Origin: Minisyncoccia bacterium
GTDB taxonomy: Bacteria > Patescibacteriota > Minisyncoccia > Phycocordibacterales > Phycocordibacteraceae
Assembly (NCBI GenBank): GCA_038228545.1
Contig: JBBRPE010000003.1
Location: 64,442-128,441 of the forward strand
Direction of reading: 5' to 3'
Length of the DNA stretch: 64,000 nt
Shown here in pieces: positions 28,900-37,042 of the stretch; positions within the stretch are counted from its first letter, which is position 1; the number at the start of each line of letters is the position of its first letter. The notes beneath the pieces were generated by a model. It made no database searches and was not told the origin of the DNA. It saw only the letters and a program-made list of their open reading frames with translations. The position numbers were made by a program, and so were the translations under genes.

Positions 28900-28927
28900 T
28901 TGACACTAAAATAACGGGTGCTATAGT
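28900..28927 (+). promoter_or_regulatory. Near-consensus sigma70 promoter
   Basis: TTGACA, 16 nt, TGcTATAGT. Followed by a leader hairpin plus T-tract (gagggctcgccctcttttttc) and then the 49-aa ORF. Confidence 0.45.
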
Positions 28928-29027
28928 GCTTTCACTGACTGGTGCGGTAGTTCGTTATTGAGGGCTCGCCCTCTTTTTTCGTTCCCGATGAACTAGACAG
29001 CTGAACCTCGCAAAGGAGATTGCCCAT

Positions 29028-29177
29028 GAAGACCTCTTCGACCCGCTCGATGTTGAAACCCATCCCCCTGGCCGCCGGCCTGGCCCTGTCCGCCGCCGCC
29101 ATCGGCGCCGGCATCATGCTGGCCAAGCGCAGCAACAAGTCCAACCCGGCCGGCGCCGTCCCCAAGGCGGCCTGATC
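29028..29177 (+). CDS. Small hydrophobic peptide (49 aa, single TM), extremely GC-rich
   Basis: RBS AAGGAG 7 nt upstream. Sequence MKTSSTRSMLKPIPLAAGLALSAAAIGAGIMLAKRSNKSNPAGAVPKAA. About 68% GC with GC3 near-saturated, versus about 55% for the genome. Followed by a palindromic terminator (ggcccgac…gtcgggcc). Confidence 0.4.
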
Positions 29178-29377
29178 GGACAAAGGCCCGACACGCCCCC
29201 CCCCGACTAGTCGGGCCTCCAGCCCCCATCGCATGTAAAGTGCGGTGGGAGTTTTGCTTTATTGCTCAATTCCCCACTATTTGCTATATTCCCTGAGTTA
29301 AGGCGAGAGCAGTACGGAGGCGTTAACCCTGAAAGTCGCAAGGCTTCAGCACCCTTCAGAACGTCCGTCTCTTATAT

Positions 29378-30508
29378 ATGGAAACAGAAGAGAAGAAAGC
29401 TGCCCCAGTGGTAGCGTCTACGATAGTTATTGACCCGAGCCACCCGATGGCAGGGCTGATTGACTCTATCCCTACCCCACCTCGCCCAGGCGACTTGGTA
29501 GAAGGAACAATCATCGAGCTCGTCCGCGGCCGCCTCTTTGTCGACTTGCCACCGTTCGGCACCGGCATCATTTACGGACGTGAGTACCTCAACGCTGCTG
29601 ATGTGCTTCGCAAGGCAAACCCTGGCGACACCATTACGGCAAAGGTCGTTGACCCAGCAGGTATCGAAGGCTATATCGAACTTTCTCTCAAGGAAGCTCG
29701 TCAGGCAGCTATCTGGGGAGAGGCCGAGCAGGCTATCGCAGGCCAGGTGGTCTACAACCTCGTCGTTGAGGAAGCAAACAAGGGTGGACTCATCCTCTCA
29801 TGGCAGGGTATCCAGGGCTTCCTCCCTGCTTCCCAGCTCTCGAAGGACCACTACCCACGTGTACCAGAGGGCGACAAGGATAAGATTTTCGGTGAGCTCT
29901 TGAAGCTCGTCGGTGTCGCACTCCCGGTCCGCATCATTACCGCTGAGCCAAAGGAAGGTAAGCTCATCTTCTCTGAGCGCGCAGGTGATGAAGAGCAGGA
30001 AAAGGCAAACCTTATCGACAAGTACCAGGTTGGTGACGAAGTCACGGGCGAGGTTACGGGTGCTGTCGACTTCGGTGTCTTCGTTAAGCTCGAGCAGGGT
30101 CTTGAAGGACTCGTGCACATCTCTGAGCTCGACTGGGGCCTCGTGGAAGACCCACGCGCACTCTTCACGGTCGGTGACCAGGTGAAGGTCAAGGTTATTG
30201 AAATCAAGGACGGAAAGATTTCCCTCTCCATCAAGGCACTCAAGGAGAATCCTTGGAAGACCGCTTCTGACCGTTACACGAAGGGCATGGAAGTAAATGG
30301 CGTTATCATCAAGTACAACAAGCACGGTGCACTCGCTTCCATCGAGGAAGGTGTTGCCGGCCTTGTACACATCAGCGAGTTCGCTTCCCCAGTGGAGCTC
30401 CGCGAGACGCTTGAGCTTGGTAAGAGCTATCCGTTCTCCATTACCCTCTTTGAGCCAAAGGACCAGAGGATGACGCTTGCGTACTCGGGACCGAAGGGCA
30501 AAAAATAG
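29378..30508 (+). CDS. rpsA: 30S ribosomal protein S1 (four S1 domains)
   Basis: Repeated S1 RNA-binding domain pattern (GxV.G.V…G.FV.L..g.eGLvHiSE). Confidence 0.8.
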   Translation: METEEKKAAPVVASTIVIDPSHPMAGLIDSIPTPPRPGDLVEGTIIELVRGRLFVDLPPFGTGIIYGREYLNAADVLRKANPGDTITAKVVDPAGIEGYIELSLKEARQAAIWGEAEQAIAGQVVYNLVVEEANKGGLILSWQGIQGFLPASQLSKDHYPRVPEGDKDKIFGELLKLVGVALPVRIITAEPKEGKLIFSERAGDEEQEKANLIDKYQVGDEVTGEVTGAVDFGVFVKLEQGLEGLVHISELDWGLVEDPRALFTVGDQVKVKVIEIKDGKISLSIKALKENPWKTASDRYTKGMEVNGVIIKYNKHGALASIEEGVAGLVHISEFASPVELRETLELGKSYPFSITLFEPKDQRMTLAYSGPKGKK

Positions 30509-30682
30509 CTCCGCTCGCATAGCGAACAGAACCGCAGCCCGACACTCAGGTGTCGGGTTTTGCGTTGTCTCCTCGTGGCGGAATTTCCCTAGAGCGCTTC
30601 GCTAGTCGGGAAATTCCTTCTCGGCTCTGCGCAAAACTACTCTGCCTTCGGAATAGCGGTTCTGTTCGCTACGCTCGCTCCG
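30509..30682 (+). repeat. Structured intergenic repeat, family X copy 1
   Basis: Starts at the rpsA stop. Outer helix tagcgaacagaaccgc/gcggttctgttcgcta. Terminator-like hairpin cccgacactcaggtgtcggg+tttt. Inner stem ggaatttccc/gggaaattcc around the conserved tagagcgcttcgctagtcgg. Paralog at 41429-41578. Confidence 0.65.
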
Positions 30683-30825
30683 TGAGGTAGATAAGAAAAA
30701 TGAGGAAACCTCGCTTTTCCTCAGTACAGGGTGTCTGGTACGACGTGGGAACCGCGATACTTGACCAAAGGAAATATTAGTATTATAGTTTCCCCACGTT
30801 TACGGGTTTCTTAGAGGAGATTCTG

Positions 30826-31209
30826 ATGCCCAAGGTAACTATGTACTTTCAAATGGACTTACTGCCCCGAGAGTTCATGCTCAAGTTCGACCACAAGAAG
30901 GCGGGATTGGCTATCCGCCAGCTGGTCGCAGACGCGGTGAGCACCGAAGGTACAATCTTCGGCATCGACGACGTGGACTTCTTACCCACTATGTATCCCC
31001 CTGGGACCCAGGTGTCGGCACCGCTCTCGTTCGAAATCGAGACCATCGGCTACACCGACCGGAAAGCGAAGTTGAGAGAGGGCCTGGTGCAGCAACTCAA
31101 GTCTGACATCATCAAGACGATGGCAGACGGGCCCTACGGCGTCGAGCTCGATCCGGACAAGCCGCTCATATGGCTAAAATTCCAGGACCCGGATGGACTC
31201 CACATCTAA
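30826..31209 (+). CDS. Hypothetical protein
   Basis: RBS GGAGA. 127 aa. No motif recognised. Confidence 0.5.
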   Translation: MPKVTMYFQMDLLPREFMLKFDHKKAGLAIRQLVADAVSTEGTIFGIDDVDFLPTMYPPGTQVSAPLSFEIETIGYTDRKAKLREGLVQQLKSDIIKTMADGPYGVELDPDKPLIWLKFQDPDGLHI

Positions 31210-31330
31210 CCGCTTCTTCGGCGAAACGAAAACCAAACCTTCGTTTCGTACGAAGGGGCGGTTTTCTTTTACTTACTTATGATGACTACAATTAATTAAC
31301 GTGCTGGGAGTTTGGGACGACGTGGGAACT

Positions 31331-31786
31331 TCAATCGACATCAACTTCCAACAAGTACTGCCTAGCCGAGTAGTAAAAGACCACGCACGCAAGCACGTCG
31401 CCGACGATATAGGTGAAAATTAAGAGCGAGGAGATTTGACTACGAGCAATGAATATTCCGCTTAGAAAATTTAATACCATTGAAATAAATATATAAAGAG
31501 TTCCTAACACGATGACTTTCTTCCGATTGGGCAATTGATACTTTTTGAGTATGTAACGACAGGCGTATTTTACTCCTAGCCAAATAGAGAAGATTTGAAC
31601 GACTTCGCCAGTAGATTGAAGTAATTGATTGGTGTATGTATCCACAAGATTAAACTTCACTACGCCTGTGAGATAAAAGAGGCCTCCGTACAAGGAAGTT
31701 GGGATTAATGCAATGAGAGAACTTATAACCACAAGCACTAACGCAACCCACCAGTTACTCTTTTCTTTTTTTATGTAAGCTTCCAT
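31331..31786 (-). CDS. Hypothetical integral membrane protein (4 TM)
   Basis: Hydrophobicity pattern only. Confidence 0.5.
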   Translation of the reverse strand: MEAYIKKEKSNWWVALVLVVISSLIALIPTSLYGGLFYLTGVVKFNLVDTYTNQLLQSTGEVVQIFSIWLGVKYACRYILKKYQLPNRKKVIVLGTLYIFISMVLNFLSGIFIARSQISSLLIFTYIVGDVLACVVFYYSARQYLLEVDVD

Positions 31787-31852
31787 TTATTTGAGAATTA
31801 TGACACAAAAATCAGTGACTGGGTGTCTGGTACGACGTTGGAACTTTTTTAA

Positions 31853-32533
31853 CTAAAGGACCGGAAAGACAAGGAAAAGGAGACCAATAACTGCAATGAA
31901 TACTCCGCTAAATACCTCGCCATATTTCTCGAATGCTCCGAACTTCACCTGCTCTAAGCTCGCTGTGGAATAGACACAAAGTAAGACATAGGTCGCAATT
32001 GTGCTGATAGCAAACACAACAGCCATGACGCTAATGACACCGATACCGTACTTCCCCGCCGCAAAGAATGCCGGTATCCCCTCAATCATGGGTGACGACC
32101 CAAGTATTAAAAGGAGTGCGGTGCGGGTCTTCTTCGAGCCATGATCGTGATCTTCGTGAATGCTTCCGTCTTCGTGCGTATGGGTATGGTGACCGTGTCC
32201 GTGAATTTCCTGCCATGCAGAAAGAGCGACCCAGAGACCGAATCCGATAAGTGCTGCGCTTGAAAGTAAATCAACTGCATGTCCGAAACGAGCCGCTACA
32301 ACCACACCAGCAACCCACACAATCACACCGAGAATGAGAGTCGTAACTACATGACCCGTTCCCGCAATAAAAGCTGCACGAGCGGTTTCTCTTCGACTCC
32401 ATTTCCTATCGCGTGCAATAAGAGTGATGGGAACCCAGTGGTCGGGAACCATCGTGTGTAATACGCCAATTATTGCCACTGTAGCGACAAGCAGTAGAGG
32501 GCCACTCCCAAATAAATTAGACAAAGTATCCAT
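31853..32533 (-). CDS. Putative metal-cation transporter with His-rich loop (NicO/RcnA-like)
   Basis: 6 TM. Central HGHGHHTHTHEDGSIHEDHDHG loop. TM motif HTMVPDHW. Confidence 0.4.
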   Translation of the reverse strand: MDTLSNLFGSGPLLLVATVAIIGVLHTMVPDHWVPITLIARDRKWSRRETARAAFIAGTGHVVTTLILGVIVWVAGVVVAARFGHAVDLLSSAALIGFGLWVALSAWQEIHGHGHHTHTHEDGSIHEDHDHGSKKTRTALLLILGSSPMIEGIPAFFAAGKYGIGVISVMAVVFAISTIATYVLLCVYSTASLEQVKFGAFEKYGEVFSGVFIAVIGLLFLVFPVL

Positions 32534-32599
32534 ATTCGGAGTATACCTTCGCGATATACATACAAGAAACCAAGTGCTGGGAGATTAGGACTCGAACTT

Positions 32600-33196
32600 T
32601 TACTTCGTATTCGCAATAAGCATCGCGCGTTCGATGTCGCCTGCGACAAATGCTTCAGTAGCTTCTACCGTACGGTCGAACATTTTCTTAAGGACTTTTT
32701 CTTCTTCCGGCTTGAACTTCCCTATCACGTGCTTGATGACTTTGTCCTCGTCACCCGGCTTCTTTATTTTTCCTTTTGCCGTACTGCCGGAAATGCCAAT
32801 CTTTATCTGAGCGAAGTCCTTGGTCTTAATGGCGCGCATAACGCTCTCAGCGCCCTTGTGACCCCCACTTCCCCGTCCGAACGTCATCTTCATGGTGCCG
32901 AGTGGCATGTCGAGCTCATCACGAATTATGAGCATTTTTTTTGCAGCTGGTTTGCTCTTCACGAAACTCGGTATAACTTTCCCGGAAAGATTCATAAACA
33001 CCTCAGGTAAGACGAGCACTACTTTCTCACCGTCTATAGTGCCCTCTGAGACAAGTGCTTTCGCAAGCTTCTTCAGTGTGAAATCCGGGAAGTGCTCTTC
33101 ACGGGCGATGCGTTCCACCGCCATGCGTCCCGCGTTGTGGCGTGTCTTCGCATATTCTCCCCCTGGATTACCAAGTCCGATGATGATGTAGGCCAT
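32600..33196 (-). CDS. pth: Peptidyl-tRNA hydrolase
   Basis: GLGNPGGEYAKTRHNAG motif. Start set at MAYIIIGLGNPG. Confidence 0.85.
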   Translation of the reverse strand: MAYIIIGLGNPGGEYAKTRHNAGRMAVERIAREEHFPDFTLKKLAKALVSEGTIDGEKVVLVLPEVFMNLSGKVIPSFVKSKPAAKKMLIIRDELDMPLGTMKMTFGRGSGGHKGAESVMRAIKTKDFAQIKIGISGSTAKGKIKKPGDEDKVIKHVIGKFKPEEEKVLKKMFDRTVEATEAFVAGDIERAMLIANTK

Positions 33197-33501
33197 TGCC
33201 GCCATAGTAGCATCTGCGCCCACCTCGCTCATCTTGTGTTATCAAACACAAACTACTGCGGTGACCACCGAGATCGCTAGGATCGCTGACACGACACACT
33301 TGGCAAAATAGACCATCATCAACTTGTGACGACCGTCACAAGTTGATGATGGTCCGGAATAGTAAATAGTGGTGGAAGACAGCGGACGGTCGTGGATAAC
33401 ATGGGCACGACGGAACGAATGTGTACGGCACTAAAGTTGTTTAGCCGAAGTTGAAGTTGTTCGAACTGGAGTACTTGGCGAAGTTGGAAATTGTCGATGC
33501 G

Positions 33502-34029
33502 CTAGCATCCACCTGTAAATGAGCCGATGCCAATATATGCATTATTAACTCCTGAGCACTGACCGTTCGATATCGTGCCACACCTGCCCGTACCAATCTG
33601 CGACGCTTTATAATTATTCATATTTTCAGGCGTGAGATACGTCAGAATGCAGTAGTCGTTGGCAGTTCCCCAAAACAGTACACCAGCTGCCCCTCCAATA
33701 GTGGCTGTGCGCGGATCGCTCACCTTACCGATATACGCTGTGAGCGCCGAGGTGAGATTGGACGCACTGGGTGTGCCACCAATCGGGTTTCCGGAAAATG
33801 TTGGGGAATCAAATGAAGTCCACGTACCTCCCGTATCGGGATAGTGTCCATAGTCGGCATTAAATGCTTCCACTGCCTTTTGTATTTCCACCATTTCCTG
33901 AATACGGCGTGAATCATTGCCTTTTATGCGTGCACTGTTCAGTGATGCAAGCACCACTGATGACAGTAGTCCGATAATGGCTATGACCACGAGTAGTTCA
34001 ATAAGCGTAAATCCCTGTGCTGTTTTCAT
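33502..34029 (-). CDS. Type IV pilin (prepilin-type N-terminal domain)
   Basis: MKTAQG|FTLIELLVVIAIIGLLSSVVLASL. Start set at MKTAQG. The upstream part of the ORF lacks support. Confidence 0.8.
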   Translation of the reverse strand: MKTAQGFTLIELLVVIAIIGLLSSVVLASLNSARIKGNDSRRIQEMVEIQKAVEAFNADYGHYPDTGGTWTSFDSPTFSGNPIGGTPSASNLTSALTAYIGKVSDPRTATIGGAAGVLFWGTANDYCILTYLTPENMNNYKASQIGTGRCGTISNGQCSGVNNAYIGIGSFTGGC

Positions 34030-34031
34030 AC

Positions 34032-34316
34032 TTAGTGCTGTCCAGCGGGGTTCGGTCGCGCAGGACCGAGCGTCGTAGGTGAATTCGATTGAACTTTCGG
34101 TACACCTGTGTGAGAAAACAGAAAAATACCCGCAGCAAGTAGTGACGCAACGACAGTTACACCAAGAAGGACTAATTCCGCCTGGTGTCCGGTCTTTACA
34201 ACCTTTTTCTTCACGAGCCACGCAATCATTCCCGTCGGCGCACTCCGGACAATTTGAATATTGCTTACCGTATCGGCCCCGACCTCATCGATAAATTCAA
34301 CACCATTGACTTCCAT
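34032..34316 (-). CDS. Hypothetical small membrane protein (94 aa, C-terminal TM) upstream of the pilin
   Basis: Start at MEVNGVEF. Stop overlaps the pilin start. Confidence 0.35.
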   Translation of the reverse strand: MEVNGVEFIDEVGADTVSNIQIVRSAPTGMIAWLVKKKVVKTGHQAELVLLGVTVVASLLAAGIFLFSHTGVPKVQSNSPTTLGPARPNPAGQH

Positions 34317-34404
34317 CTCACAATAATGGCCGAGTTCAGCACATGAAGCAAGAACGTGACGTGAAAAAGTTGACGCGGAAAAAAGTAGGAATACAATTCC
34401 CGAT

Positions 34405-34956
34405 ATGAAGTTCCTCGAAGGCGCGTTTAAAGAAATACTCACCTTCATCGTTCTCGCAGTCATCATTGTCGTCCCCATCCGCCTGTTCGTCGCGCAACCA
34501 TTCGTGGTTGAAGGCGAATCAATGCATCCGACATTTGAGAGCACCGACTACCTCATCGTCGACGAGCTCACCTATCACCTCTCTGCACCGAAACGCGGCG
34601 ATGTCATCATCTTCCGCTATCCTGGGGACCCAAATGTTTTCTATATCAAGCGTATTATCGGCCTTCCGGGCGAAACCGTGCACATTGATCACGGTGTAAC
34701 GACCGTCACCAAGACAGACGGGACGACAATTTCGCTCAATGAGCCGTATGTAGTCGCTGAGGACGCTACCTACACACAGGATTCTGCCCTTGGAGCAGAC
34801 CAATACTTCGTTATGGGAGATAATCGTCCTCGTTCCTCGGATTCGCGCATCTGGGGCCCGCTTCCGAAGAAGAACATCGTTGGACGTGCCTATATTCGTC
34901 TTCTTCCATTTGGCGAAGTGGGTGTATTACCTGGAGCGGCAACCGAACCGCAATGA
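34405..34956 (+). CDS. lepB: Signal peptidase I
   Basis: S26 motifs VVEGESMHPTF (Ser) and GDNRPRSSDSR, with RIIGLPGETV. Confidence 0.85.
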   Translation: MKFLEGAFKEILTFIVLAVIIVVPIRLFVAQPFVVEGESMHPTFESTDYLIVDELTYHLSAPKRGDVIIFRYPGDPNVFYIKRIIGLPGETVHIDHGVTTVTKTDGTTISLNEPYVVAEDATYTQDSALGADQYFVMGDNRPRSSDSRIWGPLPKKNIVGRAYIRLLPFGEVGVLPGAATEPQ

Positions 34957-36098
34957 GTACAACCGTAACAGCGTCTGATGTTTTCAAACGCGCGCACGCG
35001 GTTGGCACGTATTACGGATTTGCTTCACTCTCCTCACTCGCCGCAGAGAAAAAAGGGCAAGGTACGAAAGCTCCTTATCCTGATACGCTTAATCTCGATG
35101 CGCTCGATACGAGCGCGCGCGAAGTAACCGGTCTTCTGAAGCAGGTGCGTGACAGTGGCCTCACGCCGTCGGCGCAGACTCCACTCTTTCTCTGGCACAC
35201 GAATGCTGCACCTGGACGCCCTTCGCCAAAATCAATCATCGTGCAATTCCACGCACTCGGCGTTGAGCACGCTATTGCTGACGCAGTGCTCATACGCGCT
35301 GTTCGCTCATTCATGCAAGACCTTACGAAGAACGAGCTCAGTCTTCGCGTCAACTCGATGGGTGATAAAGAGACCCGTAGTCGCTTCGCGCGCGAGCTCA
35401 CCGGATTTTTCCGCAAGAACGGTGCCAATCTTCCTGCAGACTGCGTCGCTTGCGCACGCACCGATGTATTCGAGGCTGCTGAAAAACTCATCACCTGCCA
35501 AGGTGACGACTGTGATATTCCATCACCCACCGATCACCTTTCGGAAGCAAGTCGTAAGCATTTCGAAGCCGTACTTGAATATCTGGAAGCAACAGACACC
35601 CCGTATGAACTTGCTCCGGACATTCTCTCGCGCGGTTCTTCCTGGGCGGAAACCTGTTTTGAAATACGTGCAGATGAAAATCTACACGCTTGGGGCTCAC
35701 GCTACTCGGAGCTCGCAAAGCCATTCTTTAAAGGAAACTTCTCTTCAGTAGGCGCTGTGGTCCGCATTACACTTCCGGACCGCTCTGAAGTAGCCCCAGT
35801 AAAAGAAAGGACAAATCCTCGTTTCGTATTCGTACACATTGGAGACGAAGCGAAGCGCGAGAGCATGAAAATGGTAGACATGCTCCGTCATGCGCGTATC
35901 CCCATGACCCAGTCCATAGGCATTGAGTCCCTTACCGAGCAGATGCGTTTTGTAGACGCCCTCAACCCGCCGTACCTGCTCATTATGGGCCGTAAAGAGG
36001 CTCTGGAACGCTCCGTCATCCTCCGTGAGCGCTCAAGCCATACCGAAACCTTCATTCCCTTCGACTCTCTGGTAGACCGTCTTCGCGCGGTTGCCTGA
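34953..36098 (+). CDS. Class II aminoacyl-tRNA synthetase-like protein (HisRS/HisZ-like), divergent
   Basis: C-terminal HGTP-type anticodon-binding domain (FVFVHIGDEAKRESMKMVDMLRHARIP…LLIMGRKEALERSVILRERS). The catalytic motifs 2 and 3 are weak or degenerate. Confidence 0.4.
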   Translation: MSTTVTASDVFKRAHAVGTYYGFASLSSLAAEKKGQGTKAPYPDTLNLDALDTSAREVTGLLKQVRDSGLTPSAQTPLFLWHTNAAPGRPSPKSIIVQFHALGVEHAIADAVLIRAVRSFMQDLTKNELSLRVNSMGDKETRSRFARELTGFFRKNGANLPADCVACARTDVFEAAEKLITCQGDDCDIPSPTDHLSEASRKHFEAVLEYLEATDTPYELAPDILSRGSSWAETCFEIRADENLHAWGSRYSELAKPFFKGNFSSVGAVVRITLPDRSEVAPVKERTNPRFVFVHIGDEAKRESMKMVDMLRHARIPMTQSIGIESLTEQMRFVDALNPPYLLIMGRKEALERSVILRERSSHTETFIPFDSLVDRLRAVA

Positions 36099-36128
36099 AT
36101 ATAGGCCGCGTGGTACATTGCAACACAC

Positions 36129-36389
36129 ATGCAAAACGCTACACGTATTGAAGTACGCCGCGGCAAGAACGAGAGTGCAGCCTCGCTTATTCGCCGTTTC
36201 TCCCGCCGTGCCCAGGGCCTTAACCTCGTGCGTATGATGCGCAAGAAGCGCTACTATGTTCGTCTTAAGTCTAAGAACGTCGACCACATGCGCGCACTCG
36301 TTTCCGGAGCTCGCAAGGCTGCGTACAACGAACAGGTTAAGCTCGGAAAAATTGACCCGACAGCTCGCCGCGTTAAGGGCAAGCGATAG
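36129..36389 (+). CDS. rpsU: 30S ribosomal protein S21
   Basis: IEVRRGKNESAASLIRRFSRRAQGLNLVRMMRKKRYYVRLKSK resembles S21 (V.VRENE…ALRRFKR…G.L.E.RRR.FYEKP). Confidence 0.7.
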   Translation: MQNATRIEVRRGKNESAASLIRRFSRRAQGLNLVRMMRKKRYYVRLKSKNVDHMRALVSGARKAAYNEQVKLGKIDPTARRVKGKR

Positions 36390-36580
36390 AGCTTGTTAAA
36401 AGCTTCCTCTACTTTGGTACGGGTCCCAAGTGACTCACTTCTTCGTACTATGCACCCCGAGGGCATTACCCATGCACTAATTCACTGCGTTCATAAGTGC
36501 TTGGGGGCAAGTACGTGTCGTTCATCACTTTTCCCGTGTCTCGTATATGAAGCTTTTCTCCAAGCTCTTATACTGTCGGT

Positions 36581-37042
36581 ATGAGTAATCTAGATATTCG
36601 GAACTTCACCCGCAGCAAGCCTGCGGTTTTCCCGTTCGCGAAAGCAGCGGACAAGGTTCTTCCCGGGTGGGAGATTTCGCTCGTCTTCGCCGGAGAGACA
36701 CGTGCGAAGGCTCTCAATATGCAACTTCGCAACAAGGACTACGTTCCAAACGTACTCTCATATGTGTCGGGTACTAAATCGGGAGAAATCATTATTTGCC
36801 CGAACGTTGCGAAGAAACAGGCACCTGAATATGGGTTCACCTACACCCAGATGGTCGGTTTTCTCTTTATCCACGGACTTTTGCATTTGAAGGGCATGCA
36901 ACACAGCGCTACAATGGATAAGCACGAACGCGAGACACTCTCGCTCTTTATTCCTTTACCTAAATTGAATGGCCCGACGCATCGCAACCGGAATCGACAT
37001 CGGAACACACCACACGAAAGTAGTGGTGGTCGAAGAGGTTAG
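36581..37042 (+). CDS. ybeY: Endoribonuclease YbeY (rRNA maturation factor)
   Basis: Zinc-binding motif IHGLLHLKGMQH. The 3' end overlaps the ftsA start, so the true stop is uncertain. Confidence 0.7.
   Translation: MSNLDIRNFTRSKPAVFPFAKAADKVLPGWEISLVFAGETRAKALNMQLRNKDYVPNVLSYVSGTKSGEIIICPNVAKKQAPEYGFTYTQMVGFLFIHGLLHLKGMQHSATMDKHERETLSLFIPLPKLNGPTHRNRNRHRNTPHESSGGRRG

Noticed and set aside
28932-29234. Overlapping minus-strand ORFs 28932..29234 and 28993..29229 (Gly/Ala/Arg-rich)
   Set aside because: Artefact of very high GC (stop-poor) antisense to the RBS-equipped 49-aa ORF. Low-complexity.
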